A stretch of DNA of 64,000 nt, taken from contig JAQGDQ010000387.1 in assembly GCA_030141605.1 (NCBI GenBank), forward strand, positions 1 through 64,000. Direction: 5' to 3'. Below, piece by piece: positions 38,901 to 53,900 of the stretch (position 1 is the stretch's first letter; each line of letters opens with the position of its first letter). The notes beneath the pieces were generated by a model, which did no database searches, was not told where the DNA came from, and saw nothing but the letters and a program-made list of their open reading frames with translations. Origin of the DNA: Tubiluchus corallicola (taxonomy: Eukaryota > Animalia > Priapulida). The position numbers and the translations under genes are program-made.

Positions 38901-41900
38901 GTACATCACAGAGAAAATTGTCAGATGTTTTGACTTTCTATTATTTGGACAGAATCAACTTTTTCAGTACACTTGGTCAAAGTGCCGCCCTCTGAAGAGA
39001 GGTGCCCAGATAGGCCCACCCCTCCCCTCTTAGTTATGCCACTGCCTATATAATCAATAAAGAATACATAAAGATGACTTACTGCTGCAATAGAGTACAT
39101 AACTCCAAGCCAAAGCATTACTATTAGAGGGTAGACGTAGCTGAATGCTAGTAATCCAAATACTGGTAGGCTCAGCGCTGCACAAGCGAAAGCTAAAATA
39201 CCTCTCTTTCCTACAATATCCTGAAAGAATTTTTTGAAAATAATTTAGTTCCTGCTCAGCGCAAAATATGTAATCGCAAACAACCACATTCACAGAAGTG
39301 GAAAGAACAAATAATGCGGACTTTATATTACATCAGTATGAAGATATATATCGTGTACTTAGAAAACCTATATGAAAGGCTGAAACCTGTGAAATGAAAG
39401 CCGTCAGTAACGATCTCGTCTGTTTACATCAGGGCATTGTAAGTACACAAGGACATACAAACGGAAGTTACATAAGGACATACAAACGGAAGTTACATAA
39501 GGACACACAAACGGAAGTTACGTAAGGACATACAAACGGAAGTTACATAAGGACATACAAACGGAAGTTACATAAGGACATACAAACGGAAGTTACATAA
39601 GGACATACAAACGGAAGTCACATAAGGACATACAAACGGAAGTTACATAAGAACATACAAACGGAAGTTATGTAAGGACATAAGTAACATGATTTTGCAT
39701 AACATTCATGCTATCATAAGATTAAGTTCGTTCATTTTGTTTTGAATAAATTTTCTTAATATTAAGAGATTTTTTTACTCAACTTAGTTTATTTATCACA
39801 TAGAACAGCAAAGGCAGAGAGACCTGAAACAACATGGCTTCTTTCAAAGGAAAACCGGACGATTGTTCAGATCTAATCTCATTTTAATTTACTGTCCAAC
39901 ATATACATTTTCTTGCCTATGACAGTTAGCAATTGTTTCTTATATTTGAATAATTAGCTTAGAAAGTTAATTAACGGCAACCAAACACAGCTGTTGCTTA
40001 CGTCAGAAATAAACCATAGTTTGTGCAATGGCAAGCGTCTTCCCTTGCACGTCAAACACGTTTACGTAAGTGTTGCAGTACTATTTAAATGCGTGATGTC
40101 ACGAAAATGGGGTTTACGTCATATGACGTGAGAAACTAACACAGCAGTTCATGATCATGGTTATCACTGTATCACCTTCTATTTGTCGGCCACGCGAATG
40201 TGACAAAAAGGCGCCGTTGCCAATCTTAGTAGATTCACTGAGCCGCGCGTAGCTTTGAAAGTTTAACGAAATTTGAGTATCTGGAGGTAATTATTATTCA
40301 ATGTAATCTTTGATTCAAAAAAAGTTATCGTAGTTTTCAATATTTTAGAGCATACTTTATTCTGAAGTAATGTTTACACAATTGACTGGTTTTCTTTTAA
40401 AGCTAGTTGAAATCTGTGTTGAAATCGCCAGAATAAGCAGACTAAGGTTTGCAAGCAATAAGCACTTGGTACTTACAATAATTCCGCCTAAGAATGGCGA
40501 CAAGATTAAAGAGACATCATACACGGATCCGGCAATGTAATCTGATTTCCTCTCCTCATAACCGTATTTGTCTTGTACGAATTTGCTGCAAAAACGACAA
40601 ACGTCACGCCTTTACTGTGAAAGTTCCAGCGAAAAAAGTAACTGGAGATTTTAAGTGTCTTCAACTAGATCCATTTCAGAAAACTAATGCCAGGAAGCCA
40701 TACAAACGTGGTGGTATTAAACTCTCGTGATATCGTCCACAGACGCTAAAGAAAGCGAGAGAAAAATGGCTTCATTTTGCTAATGAAATGGGAAATATGG
40801 AAACAGCAGTACATCTGATAATTAATAACATTCTGGCTTTATTATTTATTAACATCATTTATTTTCGAACACACATGTTAAGTTACATAAGTGGTTTAAT
40901 TAAAAGAAATTAGTAGACTAGTAGTAAAAGTAAAAATAAAAATTAAACACTGATAAGAACAACAAAAAACAAGCACGGGTGTTATTTACCCACAAGAACC
41001 ATTATTTATCGAAGAAGCAGACTCCCAAACTTACTAATAAATTAAATGAGGATGAAAAGCTCACTGCTACTTTTGCTAAAATTCATTATTTACGATTTTT
41101 ATCAATAGTCAAAACAATTAGTCCAAAAGAACGACTCACTTCTGCACCTCACTTTACGGACGACTTTATCATGATTACATTAACAATCACAATCAGACAG
41201 TTTCATTATCAGTCACACTAAATAGGCTGAAAACCTGCAGGCTTGTTATAGGGTTATTGATTTCTTTGTTTTTTTTCTAAAGTATTTCCTACTTCTTGTT
41301 TTACACAAACTATCGCCACTACAACACTGACTTAGTAATTGCTTGTACTAAGAAGTACCTCATGAATATCACCTAGTTAAACATTGACTTAGTAATTGCT
41401 TGTACTAAGAGGTACCTCATGAATGTCACCTAGTTAAACATTGACTTAGTAATTGCTTGTACTAAGAGGTACCTCATGAATGTCACCTAGTTAAACATTG
41501 ACTTAGTAATTGCTTGTACTAAGAAGTACCTCATGAATGTCACTTAGTTAAACATTGACTTAGTAATTGCTTGTACTAAGAGGTACCTCATGAATGTCAC
41601 TTAGTTAAACATTGACTTAGTAATTGCTTGTACTAAGAGGTACCTCATGAATGTCACCTAGTTAAACATTGACTTAGTAATTGCTTGTACTAAGAGGTAC
41701 CTCATGAATGTCACCTAGTTAAACATTGACTTAGTAATTGCTTGTACTAAGAGGTACCTCATGAATGTCACCTAGTTAAACATTGACTTAGTAATTGCTT
41801 GTACTAAGAGGTACCTCATGAATGTCACCTAGTTAAACATTGACTTAGTAATTGCTTATACTAAGAGGTACCGCATGAATGTCACCTAGTTAAACATTGA

Positions 41901-44900
41901 CTTAGTAATTGCTTGTACTAAGAGGTACCTCATGAATGTCGCCTAGTTAAACATTGACTTAGTAATTGCTTGTACTAAGAAGTACCTCATGAATGTCACC
42001 TAGTTAAACATTGACTTAGTAATTGCTTGTACTAAGAGGTACCTCATGAATGTCACCTAGTTAAACATTGACTTAGTAATTGCTTATACTAAGAGGTACC
42101 GCATGAATGTCACCTAGTTAAACATTGACTTAGTAATTGCTTGTACTAAGAAGTACCTCATGAATGTCACCTAGTTAAACATTGACTTAGTAATTGCTTG
42201 TACTAAGAGGTACCTCATGAATGTCACCTAGTTAAACATTGACTTAGTAATTGCTTGTACTAAGAGGTACCTCATGAATGTCACCTAGTTAAACATTGAC
42301 TTAGTAATTGCTTGTACTAAGAGGTACCTCATGAATGTCACCTAGTTAAACATTGACTTAGTAATTGCTTGTACTAAGAGGTACCTCATGAATGTCACCT
42401 AGTTAAACATTGACTTAGTAATTGCTTGTACTAAGAAGTACCTCATGAATGTCACCTAGTTAAACATTGACTTAGTAATTGCTTGTACTAAGAGGTACCT
42501 CATGAATGTCACCTAGTTAAACATTGACTTAGTAATTGCTTGTACTAAGAGGTACCTCATGAATGTCACCTAGTTAAACATTGACTTAGTAATTGCTTGT
42601 ACTAAGAGGTACCTCATGAATGTCACTTAGTTAAACATTGACTTAGTAATTGCTTGTACTAAGAGGTACCTCATGAATGTCACCTAGTTAAACATTGACT
42701 TAGTAATTGCTTGTACTAAGAGGTACCTCATGAATGTCACCTAGTTAAACATTGACTTAGTAATTGCTTGTACTAAGAGGTACCTCATGAATGTCACCTA
42801 GTTAAACATTGACTTAGTAATTGCTTGTACTAAGAAGTACCTCATGAATGTCACCTAGTTAAACATTGACTTAGTAATTGCTTGTACTAAGAGGTACCTC
42901 ATGAATGTCACCTAGTTAAACATTGACTTAGTAATTGCTTGTACTAAGAGGTACCTCATGAATGTCACCTAGTTAAACATTGACTTAGTAATTGCTTGTA
43001 CTAAGAGGTACCTCATGAATGTCACCTAGTTAAACATTGACTTAGTAATTGCTTGTACTAAGAGGTACCTCATGAATGTCACCTAGTTAAACATTGACTT
43101 AGTAATTGCTTGTACTAAGAAGTACCTCATGAATGTCACCTAGTTAAACATTGACTTAGTAATTGCTTGTACTAAGAGGTACCTCATGAATGTCACCTAG
43201 TTAAACATTGACTTAGTAATTGCTTGTACTAAGAGGTACCTCATGAATGTCACCTAGTTAAACATTGACTTAGTAATTGCTTGTACTAAGAGGTACATCA
43301 TGAATGTCACTTAGTTAAACATTGACTTAGTAATTGCTTGTACTAAGAGGTACCTCATGAATGTCACCTAGTTAAACATTGACTTAGTAATTGCTTGTAC
43401 TAAGAGGTACCTCATGAATGTCGCCTAGTTAAACATTGACTTAGTAATTGCTTGTACTAAGAAGTACCTCATGAATGTCACCTAGTTAAACATTGACTTA
43501 GTAATTGCTTGTACTAAGAGGTACCTCATGAATGTCACCTAGTTAAACATTGACTTAGTAATTGCTTGTACTAAGAGGTACCTCATGAATGTCACCTAGT
43601 TAAACATTGACTTAGTAATTGCTTGTACTAAGAGGTACCTCATGAATGTCACCTAGTTAAACATTGACTTAGTAATTGCTTGTACTAAGAGGTACCTCAT
43701 GAATGTCACCTAGTTAAACATTGACTTAGTAATTGCTTGTACTAAGAGGTACCTCATGAATGTCACCTAGTTAAACATTGACTTAGTAATTGCTTGTACT
43801 AAGAGGTACCTCATGAATGTCACCTAGTTAAACATTGACTTAGTAATTGCTTGTACTAAGAGGTACCTCATGAATGTCACCTAGTTAAACATTGACTTAG
43901 TAATTGCTTGTACTAAGAGGTACCTCATGAATGTCACCTAGTTAAACATTGACTTAGTAATTGCTTGTACTAAGAGGTACCTCATGAATGTCACCTAGTT
44001 AAACATTGACTTAGTAATTGCTTGTACTAAGAGGTACCTCATGAATGTCACCTAGTTAAACATTGACTTAGTAATTGCTTGTACTAAGAGGTACCTCATG
44101 AATGTCACCTAGTTAAACATTGACTTAGTAATGCTTGTACTAAGAGGTACCTCATGAATGTCGCCTAGTTAAACATTGACTTAGTAATTGCTTGTACTAA
44201 GAGGTACCTCATGAATGTCACCTAGTTAAACATTGACTTAGTAATTGCTTGTACTAAGAGGTACCTCATGAATGTCACCTAGTTAAACATTGACTTAGTA
44301 ATTGCTTGTACTAAGAGGTACCTCATGAATGTCACTTAGTTAAACATTGACTTAGTAATTGCTTGTACTAAGAGGTACCTCATGAATGTCACTTAGTTAA
44401 ACATTGACTTAGTAATTGCTTGTACTAAGAGGTACCTCATGAATGTCACCTAGTTAAACATTGACTTAGTAATTGCTTGTACTAAGAGGTACCTCATGAA
44501 TGTCACCTAGTTAAACATTGACTTAGTAATTGCTTGTACTAAGAAGTACCTCATGAATGTCGCCTAGTTAAACATTGACTTAGTAATTGCTTGTACTAAG
44601 AGGTACCTCATGAATGTCGCCTAGTTAAACATTGACTTAGTAATTGCTTGTACTAAGAAGTACCTCATGAATGTCACTTAGTTAAACATTGACTTAGTAA
44701 TTGCTTGTACTAAGAGGTACCTCATGAATGTCGCCTAGTTAAAAAAGCTTCCTGATTCAGTGAATCGTTTTGCTCTTAAAAAAGGTAACGAAAAAGCTAA
44801 CACAGAGAGGCAGTAACTTTCGGGCAGTCACTCTGTAAACACTCTTATCTTTCATGCACTCTGTCTTTGGTGAAGCAGGCTTAGAAACTGCTTCAAAGTT

Positions 44901-47900
44901 TGGTCAATTGGAAAAGATTACCTCTTATCATTCATATCTCTTATCAAAGTGTTATGGTGGGAACAGTCAAAGCAGAAAAGCGATTCATCTTAAAATAAAC
45001 AGACTTGAACTCTAAACCTGCAGTTCAGTGTATTTTTACCAATGCAATGTACTACAAAATGATTGTGGAAGAGAACCGTTCAAAAGACAACAATAACAGG
45101 CTACAGCAGACTTCCTAGCAAAAAGTTATATGCCACCTTGTACAATACAACACACAAGTGGCATAAGCATTTTAATACACAACCTTGTGCAAATTTACAT
45201 GTCAACAATTTTTCTGAATAAATGGAACTATAAATTCCTACAAGTGTATTGTTTAATGAAGACACGCTGTTTACTGACATTATGAACTGGCTTCTTAAAA
45301 ACTTTTAGGAACGAACTCCAAACGGGCAACTAATTTTTTCGTCTAGTTTCTTTTGGTCTCAGAAATCGTTTAAAAACGTTGATATAGAGAAAATTGTTTT
45401 TGTTGCAAGCAATATCTACAGCTCTTAATAGAGGGCACCACATATTTCACTGCTTGAATTGTCACAGAGTAGATATTTGGCAAAATTCCAATTCTTCATT
45501 TTTACAGGAAATTTTGTGTGTGAGCCAGTCTTATGATTTTTCAGCTTGAATATTTTTAAAACTTTTTTGTCCTTTCAGAGCTTTATCGATAACCTTTCTA
45601 AACGCTAAAAAACATTAAAATAGTTTAGTAATTAATTAAATAAGTTAGATTCATTATATCTGCTTCATGCATGTTGAGCTAAGCTGATTTTCATGTTATG
45701 TCAATGCTATTACACATATGTCACAGTGACAAACACTCTCATTTTTGCTAACTCATCAGCTTGATTTAAGCAAACACTAGCTGCAATACAACTCACCTGA
45801 CATCTGCCACAAAGGGAAATATTCCATTGTAAAAGAACATTATAGACAGCGCTAGCAACCAGTAGCTCAGAGCAAAATACTTGATGTCTGTAAACCTCTG
45901 AAAAAAACAAAGCATTGAACGCATTCACTAATCTCCATTACACCTAGAAAAGTTACAGTGAGGAGCATGATGTTTACCTCTTTACTGTGTGTGAACGCAT
46001 TCACTAATCTCCGTTACACCTACAAATGTTACAGTGAGGAGCATGATGTTTACCTCTTTACTGTGTGTGAACGCATTCACTAATCTCCATTACACCTACA
46101 AATGTTACAGTGAGGAGCATGATGTTTACCTCTTTACTGTGTGTATGTAGATTACGCTTATGATATACGAATGCGTCCAGTGCCCGGTATTTGAAAAACC
46201 TAGTGTTGTAGATATGCAGTTTTAAAAGTTTGTGAATAAAATAAAGTCAATCTGTCAGAAATTTGAAATAAGATTATAGTTTTTCGAATTTAACTTAATG
46301 GGGATCAAACGTTTGCAAAATATTGTAAACATCTAAAATTTTGTCAACTGATCACAGAACTAATTGTCATCGGTTGGTCAAGGAACATTTGTGGCCAGCC
46401 AAATGCTGAAAAAAAATAGAAAAAATGCCATTTCCTGGTCTGTGCTGCAAAAATCTTTGATTTCATCACTCCATGGCAATATTAAAGGAAAGGTCAAGCC
46501 TTCTGGGGAGTTAGGCTTAATTCAATGTTCACGAAAAACGTTAGAATCAATTGCTATGCCGTTTCTATAACACCACTGATTTTTTTTGCCCACGACTAGA
46601 TTTTTATTCCCATTAAATGAAAAACTAAACTACAAGATAAATATGAGTTCTTGTAATAGTTAGAAACTGAGAATCAAGATACTCTCGGTATGTCGCCCGT
46701 TATAAGGCACAAACTGGAGAGCAATATATAGCAAACATAATAACTCACGAGCTTCTTGGACTCGAATGCTTGCCTCTGCGTCTGGCCCAACTGTTCTACA
46801 CCTTGTTTGTCCAGTATGCTCACAATCACAGCAGACAAAAATCCCAATCCGCACAGAACAGTACCTAAAACCACAAAAATGTCAGCTTTAGACACGGTAT
46901 TAGAAGCGAGGCAAAAATCCAGTTCTCTATAACTTATTCGTAACATAGCACAAGTTACAAAAGCTATCACTGTTATCTTAAACTAACCACTAGCACCTCC
47001 TAGTTCTTAATGATGACCTTCCAAAATCAGATGTAGAACCAGCAAAGGGGTCCTAGCCGTGTTCGGATCTATATACAACCTCATTTAATGAGGTAACAAG
47101 GGCAGCAGGGCACTGAGGCTTGGAAGCAACTTTCTGGTGACACCCTATCCGAATTCACTGAGGCTTGGAAGCAACTTTCTGGTGACACCCTATCCGAATT
47201 CACTGAGGCTTGGTAGCAACTTTCTGGTGACACCCTATCCGAATTCACTGAGGCTTGGAAGCAACTTTCTGGTGACACCCTATCCGAATTCACTGAGGCT
47301 TGGTAGCAACTTTCTGGTGACACCCTATCCGAATTCACTGAGGCTTGGAAGCAACTTTCTAGTGACACCCTATCCGAATTCACTGAGGCTTGGAAGCAAC
47401 TTTCTGGTGACACCCTATCCGAATTCACTGAGGCTTGGAAGCAACTTTCTAGTGACACCCTATCCGAATTCACTGAGGCTTGGAAGCAACTTTCTGGTGA
47501 CACCCTATCCGAATTCACTGAGGCTTGGAAGCAACTTTCTGGTGACACCCTATCCGAATTCACTGAGGCTTGGTAGCAACTTTCTAGTGACACCTATCCG
47601 AATTCACTGAGGCTTGGAAGCAACTTTCTGGTGACACCCTATCCGAATTCACTGAGGCTTGGAAGCAACTTTCTGGTGACACCCTATCCGAATTCACTGA
47701 GGCTTGGAAGCAACTTTCTAGTGACACCCTATCCAATTCACTGAGGCTTGGAAGCAACTTTCTGTGACACCCTATCCGAATTCACTGAGGCTTGGAAGCA
47801 ACTTTCTAGTGACACCCTATCCGAATTCACTGAGGCTTGGAAGCAACTTTCTAGTGACACCCTATCCGAATTCACTGAGGCTTGGAAGCAACTTTCTAGT

Positions 47901-50900
47901 GACACCCTATCCGAATTCACTGAGGCTTGAAGCAACTTTCTAGTGACACCCTATCCGAATTCACTGAGGCTTGGTAGCAACTTTCTGGTGACACCCTATC
48001 CGAATTCACTGAGGCTTGGAAGCAACTTTCTGGTGACACCCTATCCGAATTCACTGAGGCTTGGAAGCAACTTTCTGGTGACACCCTATCCGAATTCACT
48101 GAGGCTTGGAAGCAACTTTCTGGTGACACCCTATCCGAATTCACTGAGGCTTGGAAGCAACTTTCTAGTGACACCCTATCCGAATTCACTGAGGCTTGGA
48201 AGCAACTTTCTAGTGACACCCTATCCGAATTCACTGAGGCTTGGAAGCAACTTTCTGGTGACACCCTATCCGAATTCACTGAGGCTTGGAAGCAACTTTC
48301 TAGTGACACCCTATCCGAATTCACTGAGGCTTGGAAGCAACTTTCTGGTGACACCCTATCCGAATTCACTGAGGCTTGGAAGCAACTTTCTGGTGACACC
48401 CTATCCGAATTCACTGAGGCTTGGAAGCAACTTTCTGGTGACACCCTATCCGAATTCACTGAAGCTTGGAAGCAACTTTCTGGTGACACCCTATCCGAAT
48501 TCACTGAGGCTTGGTAGCAACTTTCTGGTGACACCCTATCCGAATTCATAGTTGTATAACTTTGGTCGCTCAATGCGATCAATAACCACAACCAAAGATC
48601 ATCCAAAATAAATGGTACTTCCACAAAAACCCTGTACACCTATAACCATGCCACTTTCCTTTAAGAGTAATTTTCTCCAGTCTCCCCTACTTACCACCCC
48701 ACAAAGCAAATTGCAGTCCATAAGCTTCTTCAAAATGCCCCGTGAACAGAAAATTCAAAACACTGCCCAACCGAGAAAATGCCAGTGTGACGCCGAACGC
48801 CAATGCCAGCTCCTTTCCACGAAACCAAAATGCAGTAATTCTGTTCTGCACAACTAGCAAGAAGCAAAAACACATTTAGAGTAAGTTTACAGTATGTAAA
48901 AGAATGTTTACAGTAAGTTAACAATATATAAAAGTGCGTTTACAGTAATGACAATCGTCTTAGTTTACAACCATTATCTAACTGAAAATAAGACCATAAG
49001 TACAATCTTTCGTAACATTGTAAATTTATATTTATCATAAATTTATCGAAAGGCCTAAAAACACCACAAAAATAGCTAAGTCAATCCTCGTGGTTAAATT
49101 ACGTATAGTATATTAGCTATATTAAACAGCAAATTTGAGCACAAAACATGAGAAGCATATTATGCGATTGTACGAAATTAAGTACGACATTAGCATCAAA
49201 GCATTGCAATCATGATAAAATTCACATCACGGGAGAGAAAGAAGTTACAGAAACAACTTCGTTGCAAAATTCAACATTAAAGACATTTTCTAGCAATAGG
49301 TGCACAACAACATGGGAAACCTCAAAATAGAGTTTGCAACACAATTGACCACGACTACTACAGAACTCGCTAGAGCACAACAGCAATTTTCTAAAATACT
49401 AATATGAAGAGTACCACTATAGTACACTATTATGCTGCACTTAATTTAATCTAGCACATGTCTGTAGTGTTTTAGGCCTTCTGATAATTTTTTGTTACAA
49501 TGTTACTAAAGATGGTTTTTTTGACCTTATTTTCAGCTTGACGACAGTCGTAAACATTTCTTCGCTACTGTAGATAAAAACATGTTGATTCCTTAAGAAA
49601 CTGCTTCTTTTTCATATTTGAAACCAAATAACAACAAAGTCGGCACTGAATGAACAAAATTATGACATCTCAGTGATAATGATGTAGCAATTATTTTCTA
49701 GGCAAAGTTCGACTACACAATCTATAACATATAAAAAACACATATACGACATATATAATAAGATTCGAGCTATGTGTTGTATGCAACTGACGATAACTAC
49801 TCTAGCGTGCTTCAACTTTGGTGTGAAGCACGCTACAACTAATCCATTGCTGACAAATACATGATGCAGTCCAAGCCAGAAGGACCAGATGACGTTCAGA
49901 CATTGTGGCATAATAATATGAGAAGATTTCCTATGCCCGAGCTTCGTGAAACAGTTTGGTTCAATCAGTTTTTAACACTTAAAGCACAAAAAACCTTTAC
50001 TTACATAAAGTTAAAAAAAGCGGTTTTGAAATTTTGCATCAAACACAAGCTGTCTTATTGCAAACAGAGCTTGTATCAGCAGTAACACTGTATGAAACTT
50101 GTTAATTTAAACTCCCGCAATGACCGTTAGGCACAGTCATTTTGAAGGTCTGCCGCTTCAAACTAGTTCAGATATCATTCAGTAAAGTTTGAAAAAAATC
50201 ACCAGAACATAAGCACACACTTCATTAACTGAGCAAAAGTTTAAATTACTTTATATTGTCAATAAGATCAATAATGTGTTTTCTAATAAATCAGTTGTGG
50301 AACGGTGATACAGTAATCTTTTACAATTTGCGCAAATATTTAAAATTAAGAGTATTCTTTTCCAATTACATAAGCATTTTAAACATGTAAGCGTAATGCT
50401 AAGTTATATAACTTTAGATGAAAAGATCTTTGAGAAATAATTTAATTGCCTTCTCTACCCCTTTAAAAAGTTCAAATCCATATTCGGGGAGTAAGTTGAG
50501 AATTGAATGAGTTTGTGATGCGCAGTTATTTTTTCATAGTCTGCAAACCTTCTACACGATATTAAATTTATGTAGTTAAATCTTCCATCTCGTGCCTGAC
50601 TGACGCTTCTGTGTAGCTACATGTAAATTAGATAGCTACAAGCAAAAAATTAAACCAAAAAAGGTGCTTAGAACAAAAATGCTGCTGTAGCTCAAGTTAA
50701 AATGCAGGAAATCGTGTAGTTTTACATCACAATTTTGTTGCCTTCACGGTGCACAACATACATGGATTTATAAAACGAAATTTGGATTTAATAAAAGGTA
50801 GATTTAAATAGGTCAAAACATTATACAGTTCTATTCCAGCAATACTGACCACAATAAATGGCTGGATTTCTTATTCATGGAATAATTAAGCAAATTCTAC

Positions 50901-53900
50901 TGTATATATGACTACATGCACTAATACTGTATGTAAAGTTTGCAGTAAGAGCAGAATTGTGTAAAACTTGAAAGCTTAAGATCGGCTCTTGAGCCAACTA
51001 ATAGAAGCGGTGGTTTTATCGGTCACTAATTAGCTCATTAAAAATTCTTTTCTTTAAAGAAATCAAAATCAATGAAAAAGATTAAAAATTTGTAAAGTAT
51101 ATATGCCCGTTGTTTACAATTCCCCACACAAGAAATTTGTTCGTGAAGTCGGGAAGCGGATTAGGATTAGGAAGCGGTTAGGGTTAGGGATGAGTTTGGG
51201 TTAAGGTATTTAAATCGTGTGGGGAATTGTTAACTCCTTCCTGATTGGATTGTCTTGACTGGGTACCTCAACCCATTGGCATTAGTCCCATTCACTAATC
51301 ACCCATTTCAAACCTCAGCCTACTTGTCTGTTCCACAGCCCTGTGTCAATTGCTCAGTCAGTTGGTCTACTAACCCTATTAATCAGTTGGCACATTAGAA
51401 AAGTCTAGTGTTAAAACTGCAATCTTCGAATACTAAGAACTTTTCTCATCTCATATAAGAAACATTGTCATTTAGAAATTAATTTAAATCATTGAGTCTT
51501 AGTCTCAACAAAATTTTGATTTTACTTGTAAGTGAGCCGTTTCCCGACCCAAACAGAAGTCGGCCAATCAGCATCAATGGAAACATGGCCACTGAACCCT
51601 GGAACATAGAACCAAGAGCAAAAAGCGAGGAACCGATGACACACAGCGACGAAAATAGAAATATGCCAACTGAAACAGAAAAAAAGTACAAAATTTCAAA
51701 GTACTTTATATAAGACTAATATGAACCACTAGATTAAAGCACAAGACAACACTCTTCATAAATAAAGCTTAAAAAATGTCTTAAAATTTTATATCACTTA
51801 CATGCTGCCCTATTGCATACAGGCCTTGCGTTAGAGGTAACGCTGTATAAAACTTGTAAATCTAAACTTCCGATATGACTATTAGATGCAGCCATTTTAA
51901 TGGTAGGTCATTACGAAGTTTGAAGAAAAAATAATCAGAGCATTCTCAACAAGCTCTTCTTTCTTTGATAACCAAAGAAATGTTCTTTCTTTGATAACCA
52001 AAGAAATGTTTAACTTACATTATATTGTCAATAAGAACAATAATGTTTCTGATGAATCAGTGGTGGACACAGGACTGATGGTGGAGTGATGCTTTACCAC
52101 TTTCCGTGAAGATTTTAAATTACTAAGAATTTTCGTTTTCAAGTACATGAGTTACATGCTAGCACGACAATGTCATCAAGTGTAAAAAAGCATTGAAAGA
52201 CATAATTGTACCTCTATTGCCAAGCTTATCGACAAGAAAACCAGCTCCAATAACAACAGCTGCATTCCTGGAACATATACAATGTAAGTTCACACAACTG
52301 ATTTTCAAGTAAAATTTAATTGAAATGGTTAGTAGTTTTAATTTAAAGCTGCCAAAAAAGTGACCATTAACGACTAAAAACTATTCAACAACGTAAAAGA
52401 AATTTTTGTTTCGGATTTTATAAATACTTCTCATATCAAACATATAGATACTTCAACATGCTAAACTTTGACTGGACCCAATTTATTATTTCTTACTGGG
52501 TAAGTTAAGATTAATTAGTCCTAAAATTGCTTAAGTTATAAACTGTGACTATTTTCTATATTGTTAATACACAACGAAAAATCATTTGTAACTGCTAAGA
52601 TCATGATGCATGAAATTAACATACATTACCACAAGAAAAACTAAATATGAGTTCGGTTCTTTTGAAGAAAGACTTATGATATTAAAATATTAAAAATCAT
52701 CTGGATAAAAGCACATTGTTAGCAAAGTTTTATTTCCAAGCGAAGAAGTTAGATCCTAATGTTGACCTTTTGAACCAGCAGACCCCAAGTTGAACAACAC
52801 ACGTAAATGTTAACATACAGTCGACCCTCGTTAAACCGGACTAATTGGGGGTGTGGGTGGTCCGGATTAGCCGATTGTCCGATTTATCCGATATGCCTAT
52901 ATATGGTCTATATTATACAGGAATAATCATCTTAATAAGGCCTATATACATTGCACTATATACTGTGCACTATATACTATACTGTATATTACTTTAAAAT
53001 AGTTAACCTGTGAGGATAAAGAAATTATTGTACAGTTGGTAGGCCGTGTTGTGTTTAGCGCTCCGGCTCGGACGGAAATCGGTTAGTTTCCTTTACCACG
53101 GATGACGTCCGTCTTATCCGATATCCGGGCTAACAGGGTCCGATTTAACGAGGGTCGACTGTATTTAGTTGACAGAATTTCATCACAATAACGTAGGCCA
53201 GACATCTTATAGAATAGGATTTAATTGATTAAGGTTAGTATGACTGCACGTTATATGTTAGTACAACATAAACATTCATTTTAGCTGTAAATAAATCACA
53301 TTTTAACTCATTGTACCAGCATTTTAAGCAAAAGTTTACATATGAACAAAGCTACCGTATTTTCCCATGTATAAGAGACCCTTGTGTATAAGAGACCCCT
53401 TCAATTTTTAGGCAAAAATTCTGGAAAAAAGTTTTTTGGTAATGAATAACTTTATTCATCATAGAAATCATTAAATTCCTCATCACTCTCATCAAAAATA
53501 TCAACTGTGTCACGATGCTTGTATTGCTTACAACTGCTTCATAGTCGAACGTGACACGCCTTGCTTAGGCTGACTCATCTCGTTGACCTCTGCCGACGTA
53601 TCAATGACGTCGACAGGCATGCAGAGAGCTTATGCAGATGCGTTGATTGGCTGCAGAACAATCGATTTCTCTCCAATGCCAAAGAGACATTTAAAAAAAT
53701 AATAACTTACCCGGTACATTAATTTTATCATTAGAATTTAGCCATGGAGAAGATTTATTGAAAGGAACTATAATTATTCGAAATAATACAGTTGTAGAGC
53801 ACTTATTTCTTTAAAATCATTAGTGTCACAATTTATGCATCTTATTGAAAAGACTTACTCCCATGTATAAGAGACCCCCTATTTTTAAAGTGAAAATTCT

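Noticed and set aside
41323-44743. CRISPR-like array of palindromic repeats
   Set aside because: Units are head-to-tail with no unique spacers, there are no cas genes, and the context is a eukaryotic intron.
47081-48639. 157-240 aa repeat ORFs on both strands
   Set aside because: They are by-products of a stop-poor 45-bp unit inside an intron whose flanking exons already join in phase.
51165-51205. Interstitial telomere or chromosome-fusion scar
   Set aside because: Only two or three degenerate TTAGGG units, and they belong to a dispersed element present twice.
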